Notes: generated by a model from the sequence alone, not told the origin. 64,000 nucleotides of DNA from a virus (IMGVR_UViG_3300031760_000005:93696-157695); one strand, 5' to 3'. Counted from the stretch's first letter, positions 20,350 through 32,568 are shown. Made by a program: numbers and translations.

Positions 20350-20460
20350 TTAATTCCAAATAAAAGTTGTTAATATGAAATATATTAATGTAAGTACAGC
20401 CCAAATACAAAGTACTTGAGCTATAGCTTTTATATATATGTTATCAAACCATTTAATCAT
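20350..20460 (-). CDS. 36-aa single-TM protein (not in ORF track)
   Basis: MIKWFDNIYIKAIAQVLCIWAVLTLIYFILTTFIWN; ATGA overlap with YqeY gene, abuts next ATG. Confidence 0.6.
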   Translation of the reverse strand: MIKWFDNIYIKAIAQVLCIWAVLTLIYFILTTFIWN

Positions 20461-20885
20461 ACCAATTTTGCTCTAACGCATTCAGATACTAATTTTCCAT
20501 CAGCGCCAAGTAATGCATCTTTAACTTCTTTAATTACTAATCCCATTGATTTCTTTTCAATACCACTTGGATAATATTGTTGAAGATATTCAATAATATC
20601 TTCCTTAGTAGGTAATGATGGCATCAATGTTTCAAGAACTGCTGATTGAGCCAATTCTACTTCAGCTAATTCAGGACGATTATTATCCATATAAATTTGA
20701 GCAGTATTCTTACGCTCTTCAATCATCTTTTTAATAAGATTTATTTCCTCAGCATCGTTATATGGCTTTGCATTCTTTGCTGTATTAAATTCAAGAATCT
20801 TAGCTTTTAAAAGCTTATATGTTTCAGAAGCAACCTTATCTTTTGATTTCATTGCTTCCATAATTTTTGCATTAATATCTATCAT
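20457..20885 (-). CDS. yqeY: GatB/YqeY domain protein
   Basis: I..AMKSKDK...KLLKA, RK.TAQIY...RPELAE.E, KKSMGLVIK...ADGKLVS. Confidence 0.85.
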   Translation of the reverse strand: MIDINAKIMEAMKSKDKVASETYKLLKAKILEFNTAKNAKPYNDAEEINLIKKMIEERKNTAQIYMDNNRPELAEVELAQSAVLETLMPSLPTKEDIIEYLQQYYPSGIEKKSMGLVIKEVKDALLGADGKLVSECVRAKLV

Positions 20886-20887
20886 AA

Positions 20888-21301
20888 TTATTGTATTCTT
20901 CTAACATTATATACCCACATTACATCGGCAAAATCTATATAAACTTGCGAATTACCATTTGATTCAATTCTAAGTCTCATTGTACCTCTATCAAAATCCT
21001 GGTCAACGAAATTTAATTCAACCTGATTACCTCCAGAATTATCTCTATAATTTCTTACATATTTAGTAATTTTATAAATCTGGGTTTTAGGTGAATAAAT
21101 TTTGACAATATCATTACTAAAATCAATTGTCATAAGCATATCAGAACTTTGCCAATCTGTCCAATCTGTCCATCTACCATTACTAACATACTTTTGCGCA
21201 TATGCAGTTGTCCGATATTTATAAGTTTGTGCATCAACTAATTGAGGTAATGCAAAACTCATCGCAAAAAATAAAATAAAAATTAAAAAATACTTTTTCA
21301 T
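20888..21301 (-). CDS. secreted hypothetical protein
   Basis: Sec signal MKKYFLIFILFFAMSFA...DA|QTY; WTDWTDW. Confidence 0.7.
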   Translation of the reverse strand: MKKYFLIFILFFAMSFALPQLVDAQTYKYRTTAYAQKYVSNGRWTDWTDWQSSDMLMTIDFSNDIVKIYSPKTQIYKITKYVRNYRDNSGGNQVELNFVDQDFDRGTMRLRIESNGNSQVYIDFADVMWVYNVRRIQ

Positions 21302-21305
21302 AGGT

Positions 21306-22049
21306 TTAATTGTTAATAAATTGTTTAATATATTCTTTTGTTGATTTTAAAAAATTAGATTTATCAGAAACACACCATTGTAAATAATTTTGATCAATAT
21401 TTGAAATATATTCTATTGATATACCTTTATATTTTCCAATACTAAAACATGGTTTAATTTCTCCACAAAATTCCATATCCATTATCACATTATCTTCACC
21501 ATACATACGTTGAGGTTTATACGGCTCATTTTTTTGTTGAGCTACAAAAATAGAATATGTACCTTTAATGTCTGAAAATGCATTATGCGCTGTAAGCCCA
21601 CTTTCTTCCATAGTTTTACCTTTATAACGTAAATATGTATTATCTAATGAAATACCATTACGACGTTTTTCTTCTAAAAATGCATCATAACAATTCTTTT
21701 TAGTAAAATCAATATCATACCCATATTTGTTTAATTCAACTTTCAAAAATGGAATGTCAAATGAATTACCATTATATGTAAGAATATTATCAGATTTATT
21801 CATAAAATCTATAATATTTGGAGCAACATCTTTAAAAAAAGGTTTATCCTTTAATAGTTCTGGTGTAATTTTATGTTTGAAATATGCACCTAATGAAATA
21901 TTATAATCCCCAATTGGTTGTATATATTGATCCATACTATCAATAATTTTATGATTATCTGAATCAATTAACAATCCAGCAAATTGTATAATCTGGTCTT
22001 TTTCTTTAACTAAACCAGTTGTTTCTAAATCGAATACTATAAATTGCAT
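21306..22049 (-). CDS. DEDDh 3'-5' exonuclease (DNA pol III epsilon-like)
   Basis: FDLETTG, YNGNSFDIPFL, AHNAFSD; C-terminal FSIGKYKG. Confidence 0.9.
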   Translation of the reverse strand: MQFIVFDLETTGLVKEKDQIIQFAGLLIDSDNHKIIDSMDQYIQPIGDYNISLGAYFKHKITPELLKDKPFFKDVAPNIIDFMNKSDNILTYNGNSFDIPFLKVELNKYGYDIDFTKKNCYDAFLEEKRRNGISLDNTYLRYKGKTMEESGLTAHNAFSDIKGTYSIFVAQQKNEPYKPQRMYGEDNVIMDMEFCGEIKPCFSIGKYKGISIEYISNIDQNYLQWCVSDKSNFLKSTKEYIKQFINN

Positions 22050-22211
22050 AATTTAAATTAATTAAAATTCTTATATTTAAATAGACAAATATTTTTGATA
22101 ATTCATTAATATAAAAGATTTTTTTCATTTTTTAATGAAATAATAATGGTAAAAAAATCATGAAAAATTATTTTTAATAAAATAGAAAGATTTTAGAAAT
22201 AAATCATACAT

Positions 22212-23459
22212 ATGAAAAGAAAAACTAATTTATTTTATACAACTGGTCCAGATAGTAAATTTTTAACTTTTAGCAACTATACTGAATCATTAACTGGTAA
22301 TTTTGTTAGTACAGATCATAAATTATTTCCATCAAAATTTATTTGTTTAAATATACCTGAACTTTGTCCAGATGGAAAACATTTAGATGATGATAAAAAA
22401 GCAAATTTAATTAAAATGCTTGCTGCATATTATGAAAATAAAATGGCGGTATTACGTGATGATAGTATAGAAAAAAACAAAAATATTGAAGAGCACTGTC
22501 ATCCATTAGCATATTTATTAGAATGTTTATTAAATTATTATTCTAATGATGGTGTAAATATTCCTTATGTTGGAGATATAACTGAAGAAGATTATGACGG
22601 TACATATACAGATATGATTTGTTTTATTAATCTTGAAAATGTGGATTTTAATAAATCTTGGAAAATAATTTCAAAAGATACTGATAATATTATTGATGTT
22701 GATAAAACTGAAATTGAATTAGGAGACAAATTATATGGGTGGGATGATAATATATTAGATATTTATGAAGGTGTAAACGCTATTTATGATTCTCCTTCAA
22801 CGGTTGAAAACTATTATAATTATACAACTACATTAGAAAAATTATCTAAAATTAATTCAAAACGCAATCCAATTACAGTTAATAATCAAAATTTTATAGA
22901 GTTTAATATTATTATTCCTTTATATGATTTAGTAAATATTAATTATAAAAGTAATTCATCTTCACTTGTTGAAAGTGATGACATAAACTTATCTGAAAAT
23001 GATGTTGATTATATATCTAATGTACCTTTAGGAATGTGGATTTCAGATACAGTAAAATTAGAAGTAGATAATGATACTAAAATGAGTCCAACATGGTCGC
23101 TTTTAATATCTTCTCAATTTAAAGCTTTACCGTATTATAGTAAAAATGTAATTAATGAAAATAATGATAAAATATTAGAGACATCTGCTCCTAAACAATA
23201 TAATACATTTGCATCTATTATTACAAGACAAAATCAATTAATTAATAAATTTCTTGAGATACAAAATCAAATTTATGATATGAATGAACGTCTTACTAAA
23301 TTAACTACAACAGTTAATAATATAAATACTACAGAAAATATAGATTCATTACATATTGAACAAACTAATTTTGAAATCGATATGAAAAAAACTATGGAAG
23401 AATTTAAAACTGAAGTAAAAGATTTATTCCAAAACTTAGCTTGGAAGGCAACAATATAA
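22212..23459 (+). CDS. putative virion structural protein
   Basis: 415 aa, late motif upstream, first gene of structural operon. Confidence 0.6.
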   Translation: MKRKTNLFYTTGPDSKFLTFSNYTESLTGNFVSTDHKLFPSKFICLNIPELCPDGKHLDDDKKANLIKMLAAYYENKMAVLRDDSIEKNKNIEEHCHPLAYLLECLLNYYSNDGVNIPYVGDITEEDYDGTYTDMICFINLENVDFNKSWKIISKDTDNIIDVDKTEIELGDKLYGWDDNILDIYEGVNAIYDSPSTVENYYNYTTTLEKLSKINSKRNPITVNNQNFIEFNIIIPLYDLVNINYKSNSSSLVESDDINLSENDVDYISNVPLGMWISDTVKLEVDNDTKMSPTWSLLISSQFKALPYYSKNVINENNDKILETSAPKQYNTFASIITRQNQLINKFLEIQNQIYDMNERLTKLTTTVNNINTTENIDSLHIEQTNFEIDMKKTMEEFKTEVKDLFQNLAWKATI

Positions 23460-23471
23460 TTATAATGCGAT

Positions 23472-26400
23472 ATGAATAATAGTAAAGATTCATTAAAAGA
23501 ATATTATGTAAATCTACAATCATTATATAATAATGCAGTAAATATGCTTACTGCTATAAATCAAAGTTTAGCATCTACATCATCAGAAATTACTGTTAGT
23601 GTAGCAGATACTGATGATGCTATTACAAAAATTAGAATTCCATCATTTTTATATTTAGAAAATAAAATTGAACAGTTAAGTAATAATTTTAATCATTTAT
23701 TTGAAATGCCTTCTTCTGGTCAAGCATGGTTTTCTAATGAAAATAATATGTTTAAACTTAAAATGGTGCAAAGTAATATTGCACCAATTACACCGTCAAT
23801 AGATTCAACAAATGTTGTTGCATCAATTAAAGATAATAATTTTTTAAAAGATTTAGTTAATCCTAAAACATATCTTAAACTTAATGTCAATAATATTCCT
23901 AATAATATTGAAAAGGTTTATATGAAAAAAATCGTCATTTTAGACGATAATGTATATAATGAATTAGAATCAATAAAAGATACTCTTACTTCATATCAAG
24001 ATTATGTAGCTGCTTTATCAAATCTTACTAAGGGCGTACAATATGAAGAATATGAAAATACTCTTAATATGCCTATTCGTCGCGATAAATTTGATTCTGA
24101 ATTTAAAATTATAGAAATTCCTACATTAGATGGTGGAAATCCATATGTAAATACAAATAGTGATGAATATTATAATCATGCTGAAACGCATTTAATATAC
24201 GAAGTTAGATTAGATACATTAATTTATCATGATCATGAAGATCCATCAATAGAATATCAATTAAAAGTTGGAGATTATTTGACATTAATTGATAATTTTA
24301 CTGTTTTTAAAATAAAAAATATTTCTAAATACAAAGATTCAATTACAAATTCTATTGTTACTTTAGAAGAAATTAGTGGACATACAGCATTACAAGATGT
24401 TACAGCCAATAATAATATGGTGTTAAAATTATATCAACATAATTATTCTGATTATAATTATGTAGAAGTACCATTAGAAGAAAATCCTTATATTATAATA
24501 TTTTTATGTTTTATAGATTCTAATATTCGCAGTACATTTTCTAATCCAATCTTTTTGAATTTAAATGATATTTACATGTACAATTCAGATGGTACATTAA
24601 TGAAAAATCCAAAAGATGGAACTAATATAACTTATATGTCATATTACAATCAATATTGTACTAATATTGGTGATATAATTCAAGGCATTTCTAATGTAAT
24701 ATATCCACAATTTACTAATATAAATAATGATGCATTAAATATTTTAGAAAATAGTGAAAGTCTTAAACAACTTGTAACAAATTCTATAAATAAAGAAAAT
24801 ATTGAAGTTTCTTGTATAAATAATCATATATTTGACGATGAAGCTTCAGAAAAAATAAATACACTTAATGCAGAAAAGAACAAGTATAAAGTTAGCATAA
24901 CAGATATGCAAGCTAATATTGATAACATATATAATCAATTAACAAATACAGATTTTAATAATGATTTAAGTATAACACAAGAATCACTTAAAACAAAACT
25001 TGATCAATATTATACAGAAAGAACTCATTTAAACAAAGAATATATTAATTGTGTAAATCTTATTGCTGCGGCTAAAGCAGAAAATAATATTACTAATACA
25101 TCTAAATATAGAATAAGAGGTTTATTTGATGATAGTATTGTAAGTGATTACATTAAAGCAAATGTTTCTTCAAAATGTGAATTAATTGGAATAGATGTTG
25201 AATATAAATATATTACAGTATCATCTAATCAATCTAATGTTACGCAAATAAACAATAGCATATTTACTAATTGGAATAAATATAAATCAATAGACAAAGA
25301 ACGTATATTAAAATTTGATGAAAATAATTTATATACTATTGAATATGATGAACGTCCATTTTCAGATAATTCCGTAAAATGGAATCAAATAGATATTCCT
25401 ATTAATCAAGGTGAAGATGTTGTAATAAGAATACGTTATAAATATAACATTGGTCAACCATTTATGAATTTATATTCTCCATGGTCAGATAATGTTACAT
25501 TTAGTTTTCCTGAAAAATTCACTTCAAAAAATGAAATAATAGATATTATTGCCGAAAATGACAATGATGTAATTAATGCTAAGTTCTTAGGAACTCTTAT
25601 TAATGATGGTTATCAAGAACACGTAAACAATAAGATTATTGATAATTCCCAAGTATATTATCATATGCCTGAAAATATATATTCTGGTTTTAATACACCA
25701 GAAAATAAATTAATATCATTAAAAGATAAACTTATTAGTATGTCTAATGATATTGACAAATATAAAAATACATTAAATAGTTCAACAAATAATAATTATA
25801 AAGTTTATTTAGAGTATGATAATAACTTAATAGAATTACATAATTCTAAAGAAAACATTATTAACTTTAATAATTCTGATGTTACATTATCTGAATTGTT
25901 TACAAAGAAAACTATGAATATTATCATTAAAAATATTGGAGAAACTTCTCTTAATTTATATAGTATATTTAGTGGTAATATGTCAGTTCCTCTTTTAAAT
26001 ACTAATGTGACATATATAAATAATACAGTTGAACATTATCAAAGAGTACCAATACTTATTAATGGTGATAATGATATTAATACATCAGTATATGCGCAAA
26101 CACTTGGTCAATGGATATATTTTAGAGAAAATAATCCATATACATTAAAAGATGTATATTATAATAGTAATTCACAATTATATAGTGATACAAATATATT
26201 CTTAGCGAATATAAGTAATACAGAAAATCAAACTAATTATCAATTTAAATCATCGCTTAAAGATTATTTAAAAACTGCATATCAAGTACTTTTACCTTAC
26301 AAACCTAAAACTACAAATTATCAAAGTGTTGATATATTATTTAATGCAGTTAGAAATAAAATAATGAGTGGAAATTATTCAACATCTGGTTCAATTGATA

Positions 26401-26981
26401 TTAGTGAAAATGGTACATATAATATAATATTAGATACAACAGAAATTAATTCTAATATTTTACAAAGTATCAATATATTAAATAGTGATTCATTTACTAA
26501 ATATGATATTAATCAATTAGATAATAAGTATGTATTAAAATATGAACATATTATGACATTAGATGGCAAATATTTAACAAGCTCTACAGATATTGATGAA
26601 TTTATTACTAATAATGAAATATCTAATATTACTAGTAGTACTGAATTAGAAGGTATGTTCTTATATCCAGAAATACCATTAAATACATATTTGCAATGTA
26701 ATACTAATGAATTAAATTGCCAATATTATACTGTAGCTGTTGGTAATACAATATCTGTTCCAGTAATATGTGAATATTATTTATCAAATAAAATAACTAA
26801 AAACAGAACATTATCAAAAACAATATGTTTTGATTTAAAACCATCAATTGATAAAGATTTAGATCACTACATTATTACAATAAATGTTAACCAAGCTGCT
26901 TCTGATGAAATAATTAATGAAGCAATAAGTGAAACAGTAAATACTGACTATAATACTGATTCAATTACTGATACTGAATAA
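23472..26981 (+). CDS. large putative virion structural protein
   Basis: 1169 aa, central coiled coil, structural context. Confidence 0.65.
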   Translation: MNNSKDSLKEYYVNLQSLYNNAVNMLTAINQSLASTSSEITVSVADTDDAITKIRIPSFLYLENKIEQLSNNFNHLFEMPSSGQAWFSNENNMFKLKMVQSNIAPITPSIDSTNVVASIKDNNFLKDLVNPKTYLKLNVNNIPNNIEKVYMKKIVILDDNVYNELESIKDTLTSYQDYVAALSNLTKGVQYEEYENTLNMPIRRDKFDSEFKIIEIPTLDGGNPYVNTNSDEYYNHAETHLIYEVRLDTLIYHDHEDPSIEYQLKVGDYLTLIDNFTVFKIKNISKYKDSITNSIVTLEEISGHTALQDVTANNNMVLKLYQHNYSDYNYVEVPLEENPYIIIFLCFIDSNIRSTFSNPIFLNLNDIYMYNSDGTLMKNPKDGTNITYMSYYNQYCTNIGDIIQGISNVIYPQFTNINNDALNILENSESLKQLVTNSINKENIEVSCINNHIFDDEASEKINTLNAEKNKYKVSITDMQANIDNIYNQLTNTDFNNDLSITQESLKTKLDQYYTERTHLNKEYINCVNLIAAAKAENNITNTSKYRIRGLFDDSIVSDYIKANVSSKCELIGIDVEYKYITVSSNQSNVTQINNSIFTNWNKYKSIDKERILKFDENNLYTIEYDERPFSDNSVKWNQIDIPINQGEDVVIRIRYKYNIGQPFMNLYSPWSDNVTFSFPEKFTSKNEIIDIIAENDNDVINAKFLGTLINDGYQEHVNNKIIDNSQVYYHMPENIYSGFNTPENKLISLKDKLISMSNDIDKYKNTLNSSTNNNYKVYLEYDNNLIELHNSKENIINFNNSDVTLSELFTKKTMNIIIKNIGETSLNLYSIFSGNMSVPLLNTNVTYINNTVEHYQRVPILINGDNDINTSVYAQTLGQWIYFRENNPYTLKDVYYNSNSQLYSDTNIFLANISNTENQTNYQFKSSLKDYLKTAYQVLLPYKPKTTNYQSVDILFNAVRNKIMSGNYSTSGSIDISENGTYNIILDTTEINSNILQSINILNSDSFTKYDINQLDNKYVLKYEHIMTLDGKYLTSSTDIDEFITNNEISNITSSTELEGMFLYPEIPLNTYLQCNTNELNCQYYTVAVGNTISVPVICEYYLSNKITKNRTLSKTICFDLKPSIDKDLDHYIITINVNQAASDEIINEAISETVNTDYNTDSITDTE

Positions 26982-26998
26982 TATTAAATAATTTAACA

Positions 26999-28777
26999 AT
27001 GGAAAATACTACTGAAAAACTTTTAAACATAAATGGTGAATATATAAAATTTTATGTAACAACTAATGATAAACTTTCAAAGTTGTTAGCTAATAGTGGT
27101 GCAGCAATTATATATCATAACACCAAAAATAAATTAAATTATATTTATGTTGGTGGCCAACTTATTGCTTCTGGTTACGGATTTGATATTAATGATCACG
27201 ATAAATTAAAAGAATTATTAGAGAAATATTATTTGGAAATAAAAGACATAATAGATAATAAAAAAATACAAACATCGTATAATAATTTATCTAATTATGT
27301 AAATGATACGTTTGTTAAAAAATCTGAAGGAGATATTTCTTATACATATATTCATAATGATTTTAAAAAATTATTTTATAATCCAACATCATATAGTAAT
27401 GAATTAAATATAACTTCTAAAGATATATATAATTATATTGAAGATATAAAATATAAACGTTTTGAAATTACTGATTTATGTTATATTATTGAATATAAAT
27501 TAGATAGTGATAGTAGTTCTCCTAAAATAATGAAAATATGTTTTAGACAAAACGATAAAATTGCATTACCTGTAAATAGTTTAATTACTTCATTAACTGT
27601 TAATGCGTTAATTACATTAAATGATAATGGAGGAAGTAATAACATTAAAATGACATATTTAAAATCTAATAAAAATCCTGAGCAACTTAAATATGGAATA
27701 GTCAATGTTAATAAAAATAATCCAATAAATGATAATGTAATAAATAATATTAATATAATAAAAAATAAAGATGGTAATATCAATGATTTAGAAATATTAA
27801 ATGAATCAATTTATAATATATATAATGATTTTGGTGTAATTACTGATGAATATTATGTATTTAAAATTGTTTATAATGGAAATGCTGATAATTTAATAAA
27901 AATTAATGAAGGTAATAATAAAATTATAAAAGATATTAATTTATCTATAACAGGTACTCCAAAAGAAAAATATAAGAGTTTTACTTTCAATCAAGATATA
28001 AAATCTATAAAAAATATTTTAAATAATGAAGAAGTAAGTATAAAAAATGAAATGCAAATACAAGATTCTGAACCATTATTAAATATTGTAGGTGCTCATG
28101 AAATTTTTGTAATAAATTCTAATAATCAATTATTTGATGAAAAAAATAAATTTAAATATGATATTACTTCTGTAATTAATCCTAATAGTTTAAACAGTAA
28201 TAATTATCCGCAAGGATGTTTATTATCAACAATATTTAAAACATTAAAAAACGAATCATTTAGAATTGTACCATCAAATTATGTATTTAATAACAAATTT
28301 TCATTTACTATTAATGAAAAAAATTATGCAATATTTTTTACAATTCCATCTATATATGAAATAAAACGTATTTATTATATAAATCAAGATGGTACTGAAA
28401 GTGATATAATTGGTTATTTTATATATTGTGGTAATCAAAAATATGAAGATGATACAAATGTACTATTTAATAAAGATGGACATGATTATAAATTAACTAA
28501 TAATACTAAATTATTTTATATGTATTCTGTTTCTCGATTTAATAATGCATATACTGTATATGTAGAATTAATTAGACTTAAAAATGAAGATTTACCTGAT
28601 CCAGATACACGAGTTAATATTATTCCAGTAGATGGCCATCAAATTTTACATCAATATAATTTTGATATAAATCATTGGTATAATTATCCAGCAATCATAA
28701 ATATGGCTGGTAATTCATTTAATAATTCTTATACATTGTTAGAAAATTATATTAAGATGACTGCTCAATATTTATAA
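26999..28777 (+). CDS. Asn/Ile-rich hypothetical (likely virion) protein
   Basis: 592 aa ORF. Confidence 0.65.
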   Translation: MENTTEKLLNINGEYIKFYVTTNDKLSKLLANSGAAIIYHNTKNKLNYIYVGGQLIASGYGFDINDHDKLKELLEKYYLEIKDIIDNKKIQTSYNNLSNYVNDTFVKKSEGDISYTYIHNDFKKLFYNPTSYSNELNITSKDIYNYIEDIKYKRFEITDLCYIIEYKLDSDSSSPKIMKICFRQNDKIALPVNSLITSLTVNALITLNDNGGSNNIKMTYLKSNKNPEQLKYGIVNVNKNNPINDNVINNINIIKNKDGNINDLEILNESIYNIYNDFGVITDEYYVFKIVYNGNADNLIKINEGNNKIIKDINLSITGTPKEKYKSFTFNQDIKSIKNILNNEEVSIKNEMQIQDSEPLLNIVGAHEIFVINSNNQLFDEKNKFKYDITSVINPNSLNSNNYPQGCLLSTIFKTLKNESFRIVPSNYVFNNKFSFTINEKNYAIFFTIPSIYEIKRIYYINQDGTESDIIGYFIYCGNQKYEDDTNVLFNKDGHDYKLTNNTKLFYMYSVSRFNNAYTVYVELIRLKNEDLPDPDTRVNIIPVDGHQILHQYNFDINHWYNYPAIINMAGNSFNNSYTLLENYIKMTAQYL

Positions 28778-28825
28778 GAATTATTTTTAATAAAGAATTA
28801 AACAAATTTAATATATAAAATACTT

Positions 28826-30841
28826 ATGGCATTTAATGTAGAAAATAGACAAAGAATAATATTTATATCTGACGCTGTAGAAAGCGAAAATTTAAAGACA
28901 TTATCTAAACAATATCCAAACGTTGTATTTTTTACTAATACTCCAGATACAAAACAACAATTTGTTATAGGTCAATATAATGAACGTTTTAATATAATAA
29001 AAGGAGGTAAAAAATATATTAACGTACAAGGTATAAATCCTGAACGTCAATCAGTATTAGTAGGCGATAAATTACTTATGTTAACCTATGATTCAGAAAC
29101 AGGTTTAATAGGTTTGTCAATCGGTACTAATATTAATACAGTTAGAATATTGGGTATAGTTCCAATTAATAAAGATGACATTGCTGATAAAAGCAATTAT
29201 GCTAGAGGTGGTTATTATGATAATAATACATATAAACAATTTTCATTACATAATTTTGATGGCGTATATAAATATTTAGTAAGTTCTAATGTAAATAAAT
29301 TTGCTTTATATTTAGCTATACAACCAAATAGTGAAGGCGATTATAATAATAGTTTTGAATTTAATAATTATGAAGATATTTGTATTGGATCATCAAATAA
29401 AACATTAAGTGCCAAAAAAATTGACAGTGTAAGTGATCTCGCTATTGATTTAGGACTTAATAATATTGATCATATTAATTCAGTATTGTTATATAATAGT
29501 ACAACTATACAAGATTTATTAGATGGAAAAACTGAAAATGATAATGAATTAAAAGTAAAATATCAAATATGTCGTTATGATATAGATTTTAATAAACAAT
29601 TTGGTGGAATAGATGATGAAAGTTCTGATGATGAAAGTTCTTCTTTAACAATTTATCCAAGTTCTATAACTAATACAGCAAGTACATATAGATTATTTAT
29701 TACTCCAGATGATGAAAATCCAATAATTGCAAATGCAGATAATTCAAATATTCCTAATATTATTATTGAACCATTTGTTAATAAATTTATAACAAAACAA
29801 TATGAAGAAGTTGCTATACAAAATAATGCAGAATTAACTGCATTTAATCTTAAATTAATATTTGATAATGATAATGCTGACCTTAATGAGTTATATACTA
29901 ATATAATTAAAAAATATTTAAGTGACAAGGATAGTAATGGTAATAGTAATAGTAATTTTGGTTTAAATTTATATGTAGCAGGAAGAGATATTAATGATGG
30001 TATAACAAGGTTTGTATCTATTGATGAAGTAAACATAAAATATAAAGAATTATATGGAGAAAATAATATTGGTATAGAATTTTCAATATTAGATCGTGAT
30101 AATGTTGATTCTATTATTACAGAGGTTAAATTATATAGAGGTGTTACATCAGCATTATTGAATGTATTACATATAGAAAATGTTAAAAACTTATCATCTT
30201 TGGTATTTGAAATTAAACCTATTATATTAAATGATGGAGATTCATGGAATTTTAAAATTTCAGAAAATTATGCGATAAATAATAAATATGCGTCTAATGA
30301 ATTTATAACTTATGTAGATGATAATAGAATATTTATTAATGATCCAATTTATAAATTTGGTTTATTTATTGGTGATAATAATGAAAATACTTATTCTACT
30401 ATTAAAAACTTATTAACAAAAACAGGTTCATCAGATATAGAAATAAATACTAATCAAGTAAAACATATAAATTCTATAAATGATATAACAAATGGTATTG
30501 AATCTGAATATGTATTATCTGATAATTATAGATTACCTGATAATACTGGTGATTATGTATATATAACATTACCTAAAGAATTGTATTATAAAGACATAAC
30601 TGAAGGACATGTACTTGAAAATATATGTTTATACATATCAAACTTTATATCATATGATTATGATGATTTTGGTAATACAAGTACTGCTTATTTTGTAACA
30701 TTACCACAAGTTATTGAAGAGTTTGAAGACGTAAATGATGGAATAGAATATGTATTATTAATGATAGATTCTCCTGTAACTAATAAGATTTTATTATTAA
30801 ATAATAAAGATAATAAAATTTACAATAAAATTACTTTTTAA
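28826..30841 (+). CDS. hypothetical (likely tail-associated) protein
   Basis: 671 aa; late motif at 28781. Confidence 0.65.
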   Translation: MAFNVENRQRIIFISDAVESENLKTLSKQYPNVVFFTNTPDTKQQFVIGQYNERFNIIKGGKKYINVQGINPERQSVLVGDKLLMLTYDSETGLIGLSIGTNINTVRILGIVPINKDDIADKSNYARGGYYDNNTYKQFSLHNFDGVYKYLVSSNVNKFALYLAIQPNSEGDYNNSFEFNNYEDICIGSSNKTLSAKKIDSVSDLAIDLGLNNIDHINSVLLYNSTTIQDLLDGKTENDNELKVKYQICRYDIDFNKQFGGIDDESSDDESSSLTIYPSSITNTASTYRLFITPDDENPIIANADNSNIPNIIIEPFVNKFITKQYEEVAIQNNAELTAFNLKLIFDNDNADLNELYTNIIKKYLSDKDSNGNSNSNFGLNLYVAGRDINDGITRFVSIDEVNIKYKELYGENNIGIEFSILDRDNVDSIITEVKLYRGVTSALLNVLHIENVKNLSSLVFEIKPIILNDGDSWNFKISENYAINNKYASNEFITYVDDNRIFINDPIYKFGLFIGDNNENTYSTIKNLLTKTGSSDIEINTNQVKHINSINDITNGIESEYVLSDNYRLPDNTGDYVYITLPKELYYKDITEGHVLENICLYISNFISYDYDDFGNTSTAYFVTLPQVIEEFEDVNDGIEYVLLMIDSPVTNKILLLNNKDNKIYNKITF

Positions 30842-30850
30842 AAATTAGAT

Positions 30851-32545
30851 ATGGCAAATACAGATAATATTACTTTAACTGGTCGTTTTAATGTTAAACC
30901 ACGTCCAAATGGTATGTCAACAGCTGAAATTCATAATATTTATGGATTAAGATCAGAAGATTTAGCAGAATATAACACAGTTATTGGTTCAACAAGTTAT
31001 GATAAATATGATGAATATGATTCTGGAAATGATGCACCAGCATTATTAATACATGCTGCTGATATATTCTGGGGAGACGCTAAGTTAAGTTATTTGGCTA
31101 GTGATAATTTAGATTTTGATGGATCATTTGGAAATAAATTATTCTTTCCTAATAAAACTGGTGATAGAGAAGGTGAAAAATCTTATCATATTAGAACATC
31201 TCAAGATATTATTGCAGTTCTTGAATATCTTTTAGAACATATATCAGCTCCAGAGTTAACGATTACTCCATCACCTGAAAAACGTATAACTGCTTCTGAA
31301 GTAGTAACTGCAACTATTGCAAATTCTTCTGGAGTAGTTGAATGGATTCTTACTGAAAATGAAGGTACTAGTGGTCAAACATTTAGAAAGGACGTTGATG
31401 TTAATAATGGCAATCGTGTAACAATAACACCTAATGATGATAGTCAGCCTGCCTCTAATAATGGTACAATATCAGTTAATATTGATAATTCAAGTTCTGG
31501 TAAAGCTATTATTACAGGAGAATTTAATAGAGGTGAAACATCATATAATGAATATGCAACCACAGTAACAGCTAAGTATAATGGTATTAATAAATCAGTT
31601 AGATTAATATTTAGTAAATCAACTCCATCCAAAACTGAAGGTACATGGACAATTTCATATAATGATGGTAGTACTTTACCACGCAATCTTGAAATAAATC
31701 AGGATTTACCATTTAGTTTTACTGGTAATTTTGATAATACAAGATTTAAAGTTACAAATACTAGTTATGATTCAAATATTACATTACCAGCCAATACATT
31801 TAAATTTACAAATAGTAGTGCAGAAAATAATATATATAATGCATCAATTAGTATTAAACATAAAGCTAAAAGTAATCCTACACTTACAATAAATGATCAT
31901 GCTAATAAAATAGCAGATGGTGAATCTATAGAAATTATTATTACTTCTAATACTACAGGTAACCTATCATTAGATACTTATAATGTTAATGGATGGGAAG
32001 CAGAGTGTACTAGCACTGGTGAAAAAACTCATAAAATTAGAATTACCAATTTGAGCACTGTTTCATCTGCTGGTTCTATTCCAACAAATGATATAAAAGC
32101 AACATTTACACCAAATGGTACTAATGCTAAAGCATATAATACATTAACTAATCAAAATGTATTAAAGCAAGCAATTACTTTAAGTGCAGTAGTAATAAAT
32201 TATTATTGGTATGTTGGTTATAATCAAGATGCTTTTGTTAATCCTGAATCATTTAAAGCAAATATGTATACAACAAATACTAATGCTATTCCAACACAAT
32301 ATAGTAAATCTGGTGATAATGGATTAGATGTTTCAGTAACTGGTACTAGACCAAACTATCTTATTATGATTATACCATCAACATGGAGTACACCTAAAAT
32401 ATATGGTCAACTAAAAGATGCAGAAATTACGATGACATTAGAAAAACAAAATGTTACAATAACAGGTATATCTAATGAAACATTTAATGTATATAGTGGT
32501 ACTGGTGAAATTTCAGATAGTAAAGTATTTATAAATTTAAATTAA
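30851..32545 (+). CDS. tail/fibre-associated protein with Ig-like beta domains
   Basis: Thr/Ser/Asn-rich beta pattern (PELTITP, PTLTIND); IHAADIFWGDA resembles NAIDIDWNGA of next gene. Confidence 0.6.
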   Translation: MANTDNITLTGRFNVKPRPNGMSTAEIHNIYGLRSEDLAEYNTVIGSTSYDKYDEYDSGNDAPALLIHAADIFWGDAKLSYLASDNLDFDGSFGNKLFFPNKTGDREGEKSYHIRTSQDIIAVLEYLLEHISAPELTITPSPEKRITASEVVTATIANSSGVVEWILTENEGTSGQTFRKDVDVNNGNRVTITPNDDSQPASNNGTISVNIDNSSSGKAIITGEFNRGETSYNEYATTVTAKYNGINKSVRLIFSKSTPSKTEGTWTISYNDGSTLPRNLEINQDLPFSFTGNFDNTRFKVTNTSYDSNITLPANTFKFTNSSAENNIYNASISIKHKAKSNPTLTINDHANKIADGESIEIIITSNTTGNLSLDTYNVNGWEAECTSTGEKTHKIRITNLSTVSSAGSIPTNDIKATFTPNGTNAKAYNTLTNQNVLKQAITLSAVVINYYWYVGYNQDAFVNPESFKANMYTTNTNAIPTQYSKSGDNGLDVSVTGTRPNYLIMIIPSTWSTPKIYGQLKDAEITMTLEKQNVTITGISNETFNVYSGTGEISDSKVFINLN

Positions 32546-32568
32546 AAATATTTAAGTAAAATACAAAT